A DNA stretch of 64,000 nt from Eledone cirrhosa (GCA_964016885.1 OZ024741.1:147126001-147190000); one strand, 5' to 3'; positions 28,701-42,087 are shown, numbered from the stretch's first letter. The notes: generated by a model not told the origin, from the sequence alone. Numbers and translations are program-made.

Positions 28701-29937
28701 CTAGTGGTTCGTCTGGTTCACCCTTTTTTATTCTTTTATTTCTTTTATTACTGTATCTTTTTTTTATAGGTAAATTGGCATGTGTGTAAAATTGGGGATG
28801 CATTTATATGAGGATGTATATCTGTATCCCTATGTATAAGGGAATGAATGCATTAGTGCAGGTATAACCATGAGTGTGAAAAGGTATGTGTATATATGTA
28901 TATATGTGTATATATATGTGTGTATATATCGATCTGGATATAGGAAGTTATACGCAGGTACTCTTACATGTAACACCTTGAGCAGATTGGAAACCCTTGG
29001 ATATCTCTATAAGGGAGGATTCTATATACAGACACAGTTGGCTAGGGAATACACTCCACTATTATTAATGTATACTTTTGGATAACAATTGTTTGTTTGT
29101 ACATTTGCTCTGAGTCAGTTACTTAGAAAGAGATACATTTTTCTGGGAACTTATATTCCGTCAATTAACCCTAATACTGTTAACATCACAGTAAACATCT
29201 TGTAGCATCTAAGTGGGTCTATCTGTAGTGGTAGATATTTTGATGTGTGCTGACATACAATTCTAGATGTATGAATCTATAGGGGCATGGATGAATATAT
29301 ACATGAAGGTTTGCATATGTGTCCAGCTATGGGGGCATATGTGTATGCATGTGTGTGGGTATAGATATAGGTGTACATCCTCATACGGACATGTAGATGT
29401 ATACAGATATATATATATCTGTGAAATCTATATGCACCTGTGAATATATAGGTATATAGGTGTGTATGTATTAAAATATGTACTTGTATGTGTGTGTGAA
29501 TATACATAAGCGTATGTGTGGGTACATATATACTGGAATGCCAACAAGCCTGTATGAATATATGTATCTCTGTGTGTATGTGAATATGTCCCACAATATA
29601 CATGTTTTTATTAGGTGATGAATGCTATTCATTATAAATTGGTTTACTTAACACCCAGGATAAAAAATAAGAATGTTAATTTAATGAATTACATCCCTTT
29701 ATTAGAAGTAAAATAAGGTTTGTTTCTTTTTGTTTTGGTATAAACGTTTTTATTTATTTTTTATCTCTTTAAAGTTAGTAAAATATTGACATGGGAACCA
29801 CATAGAAAAACTGTTAAAGTTTTAATATTTGTATGGTGCAAACAATACAAATAATGCATGCCATAGCTTCATCATTCCTGAATAAGACAAAGTTGGTATT
29901 TCACACATATTCTCTCTCATTTTCAAACTGTTATCAC

Positions 29938-30062
29938 TCCTCCGAAAAGAAGGAATGTACAATTATGATTATATATCTCTGGACGCAGATTATGCGAAAT
30001 GTTTCATAACATTTCAAATAATTGAATGTACAACTCCTTTGAAAAATGTGTAAGGAAATAAA
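29938..30062 (+). ncRNA. Degenerate type I hammerhead motif with long stem II
   Basis: tcct-CCGAAAA-gaaggaatgtaca...tgtacaactccttt-GAAAA-ATGT-GTA-agga-AATAAA; core substitutions suggest it is inactive. Confidence 0.5.
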
Positions 30063-30096
30063 TACGGTTTTATATAAATACTTGTTTATATATATA

Positions 30097-30189
<93 letters not shown>

Positions 30190-30192
<3 letters not shown>

Positions 30193-30682
30193 GTGGCTGG
30201 GGGCAAACAAGACAAACATAAAAAAAAAGAAAAAACAGAAAAACAGAAAAACAGACAGTCCCTTCCCTTCAGTAAACTTCTGGAAATGATTACAGTTTCT
30301 GTATATTAAAATTGACATTATTCATTCCAGTACACACGGGACACTAACAAAACAGTTAGACATCATTTATTTTCATTTTTCTCTTCTTGGCTAAGCTATT
30401 GAGCATCATGTTTTTATCACTTTCTCTTCAGTTGAAGCACATTGGTTTGTAGCATGTTTCTTTTTTTTTTTTGCTTTTAGTTGTGTAATTCGTCTAAAGA
30501 CACAATTTGTCTCCTTGTTCTGTTGCCATTCCGTGTGCACTGGAATGCATAATCTCAACTTTAATATACCAATATTATAAGGATTTCCAGAAGTTGACTG
30601 AAGAAAGGGGACTATCTGTTCTCTCCTATTGTTTTTTTCTGTTTATTTTCTATTGTCTTTGTCTTGTGTGCCACCCCCACTT
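30190..30682. repeat. Fold-back unit, about 165 bp degenerate arms, between CA/TA tracts
   Basis: cttcagtaaacttctggaaat vs atttccagaagttgactgaag; cattccagtacacacgg vs ccgtgtgcactggaatg. Confidence 0.75.
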
Positions 30683-31789
30683 ATATTCACACACATACAT
30701 ATATCAATATAAATATATATATATACATATCCAGAAGCATACATCCAATGAAGCCTCCAGCCGACATTGTAAAGTGGTTGTGACAGCGACATGGCAAAAG
30801 AACGCCCAGCTCACATTGCAAAGTCATCGTCTGGGTATCACTGTGAAAAGATTCCAGCCTGCACTGTGTAGGCATCAAAACGAAACATACCCAATACTCA
30901 CTGTAAATGAGATTGGCGCTAAGAAGGGCATCCAGCTGTAGAAACCAAGCCAAAATTGGCTCTGTACAAGCAAGACATGGTCACCTAACCTGGCATTGCT
31001 CACAACAGGATAACTCATGCTAGCGTGGAAAAATGGACACTAAACAGAGATGATGATGATGATACATATATATGAAATGTGTTCATCCCAACACAAATGA
31101 CCGTAATGATAATAGTTGAGAAAATCAGGTTTTGTTAGATATGTTTGCATCCAACAAAACCACTGGTAATGCACAAATAAGTCAAACAGTTAATACAAAT
31201 ATTTTCTACTGTTTTTTTCATTCATTTGTACCTGCACTTGTTTCTACTCACACCATATATATATATACATATACACACACACACACACCTGTATGTATAT
31301 GTATCTATGTGTGCATGTGTGTATAGCTTCTTCTCGTGATTGTGTGGTTTTTATTTCTTTTATTATCTTCCTATTTATTATATCTGTTATAGAAACAAGG
31401 CTGACAATGATGATGAGTTGCCAAACAAATAAATGACATTTTATTCCATTTACCAAATTTCAATCAACTATAAACAGGTAACAAAATATAACAAAGAAAA
31501 CAAAATATCAAGAAATAATTTTGTTTTTCTTCTCGCCATGAATTGTTTTTTCTATTTATTTTCTCTGGAACACTATGAAAAGGGGTAAAAATTTGATTTA
31601 CACATTTTTCTGTGACACGGACAAACTTTCTATCAGTTATCAATTCCAGAAGAAATGAAAGAAAAAGGAAGCTCAAAACAAGTTGTATTTTTCTTTTACA
31701 GAATTATTCTTGTTTTAATTAAAAAAGAGGCAGTCATCTGAGAAGAGGCTTCTTTATCACTTTTTTTATTTAGCAAAATTTTAGCAAAA

Positions 31790-32090
31790 TATATTCAAAA
31801 TATGCTCAAAATATGCCTTTCTTAACATAACTTGGAAGAGCCAAACCTCCAATGCAGAATTTTATAATAGTCTGCCAAAGTTAACTGAAAAGATAGCTCA
31901 GCAAAGATTGCAATTGGCAGATCACTGTGTGAGACATCCTGAAGAAATAGTCTCAAATCTAGTGCAATGGCAGTCAACATATGGACAGGTAAACCTCAAG
32001 TACAAACCACCTACTTTATTGATATACTACAAAAAGACACTGGATTGAAGACTGTACCTGAAATACAAATTAGTGACAATGGATCAAGAC
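31790..32090 (+). pseudogene. Degenerate RTE C-terminus (family of 52945-53230)
   Basis: LYNSLPKLTEKIAQQRLQLADHCVRHPEE matches LYGSLPKVSSKVIQRRLRLAGHAHRHPE. Confidence 0.65.
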
Positions 32091-33264
32091 ATTTGTAATG
32101 AGTACGGTCCAATCAACCCATAGCAGAGTAAATTTGCAGCCACTGTTGTTATTTTTTAAGGCAAGTTAATGAGAACAATGTGTAATGAATTGTCTTACTC
32201 AAGGACACAATGCCCACCTGCTTCAGGAGTCAACTCCATGACCTTATGATCATGAGCCCAACACCCTAAGATATTTGACATATGCCATCTGTCCTTAACT
32301 CTCTGAATGGCCACTAGTTTACAGAATATGAGACCAAATGATATAGTGGAGGAGAATTGGAGATGGGGCAAACTCTACAGGTGGATGGTACACCTCAGCT
32401 GCACCACATGGACAAGCTGGTGAATGAATTGCCATGGTGAACAGCCAGCAATATCTGCTGCATCAGTCATTCCACCTCACAGGGATCCTTTCACAGGTGT
32501 GATACCCTCCTCCAGATTTATCAGTGGAATATAGCAGTCCTGAGAATATGGACAGCAGAGGTCTTGATGACATCAGTACAAAAAAGAATCATTCATTCAA
32601 TGCCTGGTATATAGTTATCTTCTGCTCTTCTGTTTTGCAGATGATGGCACCCTTGTAGAGTTCTCCTTCATTTTACAAATTTCAAAATGCAAGGTCAAAG
32701 AAATGTATTTATTTTTAGAAAATCATTTCAAACAAATATCCACTTCCATAGTGCTTTCATATTAGTTTTAATGTCTGTATATAACTTATAATAAATTTGG
32801 TAACAAGAACTACAAAATATGTGTGTTTATATAAATATGTATATAAGCATACACAGCAACACTCACATATGAAAACACATACACACACACTGTATGTAAG
32901 TGTGTGAGTCATATGAGGTCTGTTTAGTCTATCTAGTGTATGATCCTGTATGTAGAAAATGTCACAGGTGAGAAATGGAATTTATAAAAAGTTTAAATGT
33001 GTTTTTGTACAAATTTGTTCTTAGTAAAGTCGAGTTGAGAAAAGTATTTGAAAAGTAAAAAAAAAGATATAAACAGAAAAGAATGATAAAATTAAAACAT
33101 AAATAAACAAAATAAATATTTCTGAAAGCTGTTAAATGTTAAAAGTAAATTTTTCAAGATTATGAAACTACTACTACTACTGATAGTGGTGGTGGTGGTG
33201 GTGGGGTGGTGGTGGGGGGGGGGGGGGGGGGGTGCAGTTGCTGCTACTACAACTACTATTAATA

Positions 33265-33455
33265 ATGGTTTCTTATATAGGCACGAGGCCAGTAATTTGG
33301 GGGGAGGGGAAAGTCGATTAAATCGACCCCAGTGTGTGACTGGTACTTTATTTTATCGACCCCGTAAGGATGAAAGGCAAAGTTAACCTCGACAGGATTT
33401 GAACTCAGAATGGCAAGGGCTGTAACTCTATGCGTCAAAGCATGGCATCCGACTA
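33265..33455 (-). mobile_element. Nin-domain SINE, longer-tail subfamily
   Basis: Core plus ggggtcgatttaatcgactttcccct segment absent from the youngest copies. Confidence 0.8.
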
Positions 33456-33529
33456 CTATTAATAAAAATAATGAAAAAAAACACAATAAGTAACTGCTGA
33501 ATATGTGGAAGTGGGGAAGAAACATGTAA

Positions 33530-33855
33530 CCATAATATCTTTGACTGCCAAAAAAGAATATATCCACAGAGATGATAGAGCTGGAGTTTACAACACAACA
33601 AAATACCAACAGAAAAACAGCAGTACAGATATACACTGAAAGAAAGGTGTCAAAGAATGACAAAGCAACCATACTCTGAGACATGTCAATACACACAGTC
33701 AGAGAGATCAAAGCCAACCAGCCAGATATTGTAGTCAAAGACTGCAAAGAAAAAATGGCTTCTAATTGACATACCAATCTCCACTGACATCAACACCATT
33801 ATATCTATCAAGGAAATGGAGAAATTATCCAAATATTAAGATCTAGAGATAGAAT
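33530..33855 (+). pseudogene. R4/Dong-type LINE restriction-like endonuclease fragment
   Basis: KATIL*DMSIHTVREIKANQPDIVVKD...LID...KEMEKLSKY*DLEIE (PD..D..K RLE pattern) with stops and frameshifts. Confidence 0.7.
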
Positions 33856-35294
33856 TAATTATAATAAACAGATACTAAACCAAAACGTCAGGACTTACAA
33901 ATATATACAGCATACAGCTCTACGAGACACTGCACACATATTACAAAAAGTACTCTCAACACTATAGAAACAACAACACCAAAAATAACACTGTATAGAC
34001 CCAAGATAAATAAAGCTGGACTAATGCAGTGATGACACATAATAAAAATAAGACGAATAAAGATATAGAAAAAAGCAGAATTCAAAGGAAGTTTTAATAA
34101 TAAAAATAATGATATCAACAACAACAATAATAATTTGTTTTATTAGGCACTGTGCAGTTAAAGAGTTTAATTCACAATGGCAGCAGGAGTGAGATGGGAA
34201 TAGATAAAAGTTGTGTGCTGAGAAGAAGATTGGAAAAACGGAAATGAAAATGGTCCAGTGGAGGAGTGATGTATTACTGAAAGAGAGGAAAACAAAGGAT
34301 TATTGGAATAAATATTGTGAAGAGAAATGGAATGAGATGACTGGATCATGTGCTGAGGAAAAGACAGAATTGATCAGGAGATAGGAGTTGGGGGAAGGAT
34401 GTTAAAAAGGGGGAAGATCAGGAAAGATATGGCTGAAGATGATGGAGAAGGGAATGAAAGCCAGGAGTTTGGTTAGTTGGGATATAGATGATGGGGAAAA
34501 CAGAGAAGTTTGCCATGGGGTTTACAAGGCTAACCCCTGCTTTAGCAGAAGAAATGGCCTTAAAACACTTGTTTGTTGTTGTAGCTCATTTTTTAGATAT
34601 GCCCTTCGTTTTCTAAAATAGTTGAATGTGATTTAAGGGAGGTATAGCTGCTATTTCTAGAAATCCAGTGTGTGACAGTTCCATTTTCATCTCATTCTAG
34701 TTCTGTATAGCAATCAGGTGGATTTAAATTTATCATTTTTATGAAATCAGCAAAGTCTATCAATTTGGGAATCTCAGATTTTGAGAATAAGTGTGTATGT
34801 GTGTGTGTGAAGTTGCAAAATGGTTATGTGTGGGATGTGATGAATATATGTGTATATATGTACATATATGTATTTATATGTATATATATGTATGGTGTTT
34901 ATATATGTGTGTTAATAAGTATACATATATGTGTGTGGCATACACAAGTGCATGTCTGATACATGTGTGTGTTTTTTTAAATATAGATACGTGTGTGTGT
35001 GAGTGTGTGCATAGGTGTATGTATGTGTGTATGTGTATATATGCATGTGTGCATGTGTATATATATGTGATTTACAGATACTTCAGAATAACTGACTTGT
35101 CATCGGCCGAGCTGTTATCCCTTGAGAAAACTTAAATCTTTGTTAATATAACTGCAGATTGTTTAGAAGTCCAGAGGGAACCTCTCTGAGACATATGTTA
35201 TCTAATAAGGTAAAGCAGAAATTATCTCATTGTTGAAATTACAAATAAACAGGATGGTGGGAGTTAGAGCATCCAATAGTTTGCAGTGTAGATG

Positions 35295-36210
35295 CAGGCA
35301 AGTGATTAAGAAGTAAGTTTGCTTAGAAATTATAAGACCTCTAGTTCAATCTCATTGAGTGGCATGTCAGAAAATGTCTTTACCCCTTTTGTTACCATAT
35401 TTCTATTGAAATACATAACTCCAGATTTTCAAATCATTTTGGAAATAATGAAATATCTGGAGGGATTTAATAACTAACTTTTAATAATTAACTTTTTTGC
35501 TATCTTCAATTCAGTATTTGGGTAATGACCAAAAAGATATGATCATGAATACAAGCAGCTGATATGAGGTTCCTCTGAAGGGTCTTTGAAACAATGTTAC
35601 TCAATAGAGGGCATAGCTCAGAGATCAGAGAGTCACTTCAGATAAAGCTACTACTTCTCTGAATTGAGACATCACAGCTCCGATAATATGGACATGGGGT
35701 TAGAATGTCTCAAAAAAGAATCACTGGACAGATTTTATGGGTGAAACCAGCTGGCAGGAGACCCAGGGGTAAGATGGTTGGATAATATCCATGAGCTTGG
35801 CTGGTCCCACTTGGGGAATCAATCTGATCAGTTGGAGATGGTCACTTCTGACAGGACCCACTGGAAGGAGTGTTTGAGGACTCTGCCCCTACAACCCTCT
35901 CAGGAAGAAGAAGAAGAAGAAGAAGAAGAAGAAGAAGAAGAAGAAGAAGAAGAAGAAGAAGAAGAAGAAGAAGAAGAAGAAGAAGAAGAAGAAGATTATT
36001 AAACTGTTGTTTGGAATATAAAGATTCTTATATAAAATTGATAGAGGTTTTTTAAATATATATAAACTCATTAAAATGAATAATTTTGCATCATAGAAAC
36101 AAGGGTGGTTTCAGGTGGATTGGTATTGAAGAGGTTAACTGTAGCCCCAGGTCAACCTAAACCTTGTGAGTGAAATTAATTTAATAAATGGAAACTGTGT
36201 GAAAGACTAT
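35295..36210 (+). mobile_element. Nested insertion: CORE-like SINE split by TTAA MITE (35381-36134), itself split by an RTE 3' fragment (35510-35997) with a long (GAA)n tail
   Basis: SINE gtctt|ctgtagcc is split at a TTAA-like site; MITE halves flank the LINE fragment. Confidence 0.65.
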
Positions 36211-38291
36211 TGGATGGATGGTACCTTTTATTGAAAGGTTCAGCCGTGTCATATATATTGCCATGTTGATTTCACTTGGAAATTACATCAAGGGTACAAC
36301 TATTAAATGTTGCACATTAATGCCACAATTCATAGTTCCTCCTTGACTCATTTTAAGTTTATCCTTAGTCCAGAGGATCATCAGGTTTGAACCTCAGTTT
36401 ATGCCCATCATTGGGGATTGGGGAAGAGGAACTGAATACCTCTGTCTCCCTACTTTTCAATGGTGCTCTTTCAGATTTGGAAACGTTTACTGTGATATGC
36501 TTATTCCAAAACTCCACCTGAGAATTATTGTCAATTAGAGCACCCACCTAGAATGTTACTTCTCTTGAGAGGCCAGCTTTTTATTTGCCTGGTAGAAGCA
36601 GCAACAGAGGTAGGATTTAAACTCAGACCACACTGAGCTGGATCAGATACCCCCAAGCATCCCATCTCTTAAACAATTCCCCAAATCTACTGCCCTTGAA
36701 CAACTACTTTATTTATGGACCTCAAAAGGATGAAAAGCATAGTTTACCTTAGCAGGATTTGAATGCAGAACATAGAGGGACAAAACAAATCCCAAGGCAT
36801 AAATAATGGTGAAGTTAATACACAATAGAATTAGATTCAATATCTACTGAAGAACAGTGACTAAATAGTTGACCTCAGGTTGGGTAGACATGATAGAATA
36901 AGAAATGCATGCAGGCAGACAGACACACAGATAGATAAGAAGCAGACAGTTGAGAGAAGTATAAAGATAGTTTTCTAAATAATGAATAACAAGTTAGATA
37001 AGTTGCTGTTTAGCTGCAGGCCTCCTGTGTGTGTGCGTGTATGTGGGAGTGTGTATGTGTATATGAGTGTGTGTGCATGCGTTTATGTATATATAAATAG
37101 ATAAGATGTTGCTACATAAGACCAATAAAACCATTATTCAACTTAGTACTCGATACTTAAGGAAAATAGAATGTAGGTATTGTTGTAGAATACAATGCTT
37201 GATGATCATTGCAGTTGAACCATTCAAATTTTCAGTCATTACCAAAATACATTATATATATTTCAATTGATATATTGGGAAAATAAAAATAAAGAGAAAT
37301 CCATTCTCAATATTAAAAAAAGTAAAACAATCTTTAGATAAAATTAAAACAAAAAATAAACAACTTTTGATGGCAAAATGGGAAATTTTGCCATTGAAGC
37401 AATTTATGCTTCATCTTCAGGCATTATGCCCTATGATGATGATGATAATAATAATTCTTTCTACTATAGGCACTAGGCCAGAAATTTGAAGGGAAGGGGA
37501 AAGTCAATTAAATCAACCCCAGTGCATTACTGGTACTTTATTTTATCGACCCCATAAGGATGAAAAGCAAAGCTAACCTCGGAGGGATTTAAATCAGAAC
37601 ATAAAGGTGATCCCTTTATGAGGGAGGTCTTGTAAGTTGGCTGTGCCATGCATTGCTCATAATGGGACCATGTTTAGGCTGGGTTATTACAGATGCTGGA
37701 ACCCTGCATTCATAAACTCATACCTACACACAAATATATATGTATGTGTGTATGTGTGTTTAGATCAAGAATGTATATATGTCCAACCCTTGCTAGCAAG
37801 GAAAATAGATGTTAAATGATGATGATGACACTAACATAGATACATCTGTACAAACATAAACAACACACACATACACATGTGTGTGTTTGTGTATGTATGC
37901 GAGAGAAAGAAATTGAGTGTGTGGACATATGTGTAAGAAAGAGAACGATAAAAATGAAGGATATAAGATGAATGAGAGTGAAGAATTTGACATTCATCTG
38001 GTGCCTTTCTGCAACAAAAGAGTATATCTGGAAACTGCCAATGATACCCAGTACTACAACATCCTACTTTATCTTTAACACCTTTTCTTTATCGTTTTTT
38101 TACATTTTTATTTTTTTTATTTAACCAACAAAGTGACACAGAAGATATAGAGAAAGTAAAGAAGATATATTTGGTAACCAATGAAGAGATTACTGAAAAT
38201 TGTTGATAGGAAAATGACACACACAGACATATTCGCTGCACGCAATGCAGATACACACAAAGTAATGCAGGCAAATAATATATTGTACAGG

Positions 38292-38350
<59 letters not shown>

Positions 38351-38672
38351 CTGTGTGTATATATACATATGTGTGTATGTGTACAAATGTGTATGGAGAA
38401 GCAGTATACACAGATATACATAAATGAATACCTATCTATACATATATACACACACACATATGTACTATCAGCAACATCATCATCATCATCATTTCATTTC
38501 TGCTTTCAAGGCTGACATGGGTTAGACAGGTTGTCAGTCTATAACTAGACAGGTCACAGAAGACTCACCATGCTCACATGTTCCCTATTTGGCATATTTA
38601 TGCATTTATGTATATATATATATATACATATACATACACTTACCTATATGTGCCTGTGTATTTATATGTATA

Positions 38673-38702
<30 letters not shown>

Positions 38703-38709
<7 letters not shown>

Positions 38710-39780
38710 ATACTTTGGGAGGGTCATGTTGCCAATAAGAAACACATGCACCAGTTGCTTTCACTTCAATTTATTATAAATTAAATTTATAAATTGAGGA
38801 ATTTATAAATTTCCAGTTGGTTGGTTGGTTCCACAACCAGACGATTGTTCATATATTGTCAAAGTTCTTTCGTCACACATTATGTGACCTCTTCAGTGAC
38901 TGGGGATTCTTTTCTTTGTTTTTGTGCCTCTCCTTTGTTCTTTCCTACGCCATCTTGTTTTTGTGAGTGTTGTGTGCTTAGTTTGCGCATGTGTTACATC
39001 CGGGTGTCTGTGTGTGTTTATATTTGTTTATTTATTTGTTTATTTACATGTTACTGGTTAGTTGTTTGTTCTATGTGTGTGTGTGTTTTCATTTTGTCCT
39101 TAATTGTAAGTTGTGATGTTGCTGTTCCATTCATGTTTTCTATTTAATTTGGGTTGGAGTTCATTTATGTTTATTGCCTCTGTGATTTGTCTAAACATTG
39201 CGTCTTTTCTGTGTGTAGATTCTATTTTTATTTCTATTTTCTCTAATTTACCCTTATGTTCTATTTTAGCATGTTGGTGGAGTACAGATGATTCTTTACT
39301 ATCTTGAAGTTCTCGTCAGTGTTCATTTATCTGTTCCCCTATACTACAAGCTGTCTCACCTATGTACACTATATTCTTATCTCTACATTGTCCTTCAGTA
39401 CATCTTATGCTATATACTATATTTCTAGTTTTACAGTTAATATGGGGCCTTAATTTACAGATTATACATTTCTTATCTATACAGGGAGGTCTTTGAAAAG
39501 GGTATGTATTGCTAATAAGTGTTTTTATGGAGGTACCTTGTCTTTCTACTATCTTAATATTGAGTTTATGTTTATCTAGGGCCCTTCTAAATTTGTAAGC
39601 TAATTCACCTCTAGGGGTTGTATCGATGAACATTACACTCTGGTATTTATTGCTATCATACCACGAGTTTATTCTATTAGCCTAGTTCTTTCTATTCTAT
39701 TCCAAAATTTGCTCCTATACAAGGGGCAGGTCCCATTTGTGTCATTATTTACCATTTTTTCCCATTTGGTTCTGGCTCCT
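38703..39780 (-). mobile_element. Penelope-like element 3' portion: GIY-YIG ORF end plus pseudo-LTR
   Basis: ORF 39316-39633 C..C...C.TRNIVYSIRC...YIGETACSIGEQINEH; downstream pLTR also present as a solo copy at 61185-61430(+). Confidence 0.85.
38857..38900 (-). ncRNA. Minimal type I hammerhead ribozyme motif in the Penelope pLTR
   Basis: Minus strand: gtca-CTGAAGA-ggtcacataatgtgtgac-GAAA-gaac-TT-tgac. Confidence 0.7.
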
Positions 39781-39789
39781 TTCTTTCTA

Positions 39790-40222
39790 GTCCCTGCTTC
39801 CATGTTTGGAATTTCTTTTTTAGTTCTACCATAGATTCAGCTATAAGTGCAAAGTCATCTGCATACAGGAGTTCCCATGGGCATCCGGTTTTAAACTCCT
39901 CCGTTATTGCCTGCAAAACTATGATGAACAGGAGAGGGCTAAGAACAGAGCCCTGGTGGACACCGACCTTTATGCTAAATTCCTCACTTTAGTCATTGTT
40001 AATCCTAACTTTCCTGACTGCTCCCCTATACATGGCTTTCACAAGCCATTCATCTACTCTTAGTTTTCTAAGAGCCTACCAGATTATTCCACGAGGAACT
40101 CTGTCAAAGGCTTTCTCCAGATCAAGGAATGCCAGACGAATGCGCCTTACTTTTAGCTAGGTACTTTTCCTGTAACTGCCTCACAGGAAAGAGGGCATCA
40201 GTGGTGCCTTTTCCTAGCACAA
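39790..40222 (-). pseudogene. RTE reverse transcriptase core fragment
   Basis: DLEKAFDRVP, VGVHQGSVLSPLLFI, LLYADD motifs on minus strand. Confidence 0.9.
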
Positions 40223-40311
40223 ACATATATATATTTATATATACATTTATATACATATATATATATATATGTGTGTATATATATATATATGTGTGTATCT
40301 ATATATATATA

Positions 40312-40650
40312 TGGAGGCACATGGCTTAGTGGTTAGAGCATTGGCCTTGCAATCAAAAGGTTGTGAGTTCAATTCTCAGACCGGGTGATGTGTTGTTTCC
40401 TTGAGCAAGACACTTTATTCCACATTGCTCCAGTTTACTCAGCTGTAGAAATGAGATGATAGAGACTGGGGTCCATATCATTCCACTGCAAAGTGGTCGT
40501 GCAGGTGCCACGGCAAAAAAGCACCCAGCACTCACTGTAAATGAGGTTGGTGTTAGGAAGGGCATCCAGCTGTAGAAATCAAGCCAAAAATCAGTTCCCG
40601 TCCCACCCTTGCAAGCAGGGAGAAGCGGACGTAAAATGAAAATGAAAATG
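40312..40650 (+). mobile_element. Composite V-like SINE with RTE tail, full length
   Basis: tggcttagtggttagagc (A box), gagttcaattc (B box), ccttgagcaagacactt, RTE-type tail, (aaaatg)n end. Confidence 0.85.
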
Positions 40651-40652
40651 AA

Positions 40653-40689
<37 letters not shown>

Positions 40690-40930
40690 GGGTATATATG
40701 TGTATGTATTTTTTCTCACGAGTCACTTTTTTCGTTGCTACAGACCACGCGGCTGAATTGCAGGGTCGCTATCTTCAATTTTCAAAGCCCTTTAAACTGT
40801 ATGTTATTACTCTGAGATCTATTCCTTGTCGAGTGCTTGGCTGCACTGCTGAAGGCATTCGTTGGCTTAGCTGCGGGTCGAGCTTCGAATATGGTGTACT
40901 TTCATTTGTATATGTGTATATATATATACG

Positions 40931-40978
<48 letters not shown>

Positions 40979-41061
40979 GGAGGTGAGTTTTATTGTAGTA
41001 CAATAAAGCAATGCAGATATCGGATAAGAAGCACTCTACAGTTTGTGGGACTGGAGTATGC

Positions 41062-41232
41062 ATAATATAAGATCAAAAGATGGTTAAAGGAGTTCCATAT
41101 ATTTTATTATGCGTATCATGTTCTCCTGTTTTATCTGATGAAAACACAAATATTATTGCTTGATGATGTTTGTTTTTGAAATGCGCATAATAAAATATAT
41201 GGAACTCCTTTAACCATCTTTTGATCTTATAT

Positions 41233-41235
<3 letters not shown>
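41062..41235 (+). ncRNA. Fold-back unit with intact minimal hammerhead motif (41129-41195)
   Basis: ttttat-CTGATGA-long stem II-GAAA-T-GCGC-ATA-ataaaa; about 52 bp perfect inverted arms. Confidence 0.75.
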
Positions 41236-41304
<69 letters not shown>

Positions 41305-41801
41305 CATATATACATATATATTTATTAAAATAACAGATTAATGTTTAAGCAAAGAATATAGATAGATAGATAGATACATACATATATATACATATACAGA
41401 TGTGTATACAGATATGTATATGTATATGTATATATACACATCCATACACATATATATATAGTCGAATTTGGAAGTCCTCAAAAGACAAATACAATCAAAA
41501 GCAATCAAATCAACAAGTGTGCTGACACGAAGTATAGACATGAAAAATATAATCGAATTGAGGAATAAGAGTCTCCATAAGACATAAGTATGGAAAGTAT
41601 AGCATCAACACTATTGTATTTGTTCAAATGGATTGATTTATTCCATACATCTTAATGCCCTACAGTACATATTTTTCTTTCACTCTCTCTTTGCCTCTCT
41701 ACATTTCTATATAGTTCTCTCTCTCCCTCTTACATATCTCTAATAAATAAATAAATAATATATATATATATATATAATACATATATATAAATATATATAT
41801 A

Positions 41802-41837
<36 letters not shown>

Positions 41838-41903
41838 GTAGGTCCCTGGTTGAGTCGGGGATAACCACAGTAAGTAAGGTACTCAATACATGGCAGAGTA
41901 AAA

Positions 41904-42036
41904 TTTTTTTATTTTATAGAAGGAGCTTCTACAGGACTAGTACTGTTTCATTCAGATGAAATCTTCAGGAAGCTTCCTGAAGATTTCATCTGAATGAAAC
42001 AGTACTAGTCCTGTAGAAGCTCCTTCTATAAAATAA

Positions 42037-42041
<5 letters not shown>
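41904..42041. ncRNA. Perfect 138-bp palindrome encoding a type I hammerhead on each strand
   Basis: gcttc-CTGAAGA(41977)-tttcatctgaat-GAAACAG-tactagtc-CTGTA-gaagc; centre at 41972/41973. Confidence 0.8.

Positions 42042-42078
<37 letters not shown>

Positions 42079-42087
<9 letters not shown>

Noticed and set aside
35778-36071. Poly-E, poly-R and poly-F ORFs
   Set aside because: Translations of a (GAA)n retroelement tail.
37365-37425. Minus-strand CTGAAGA followed by two hairpins as a hammerhead
   Set aside because: No GAAA/NUH or stem I pairing could be assigned.
40312-40390. tRNA gene
   Set aside because: The tRNA-like head continues into a SINE body with no oligo-T terminator; the same holds for the other A/B-box hits.
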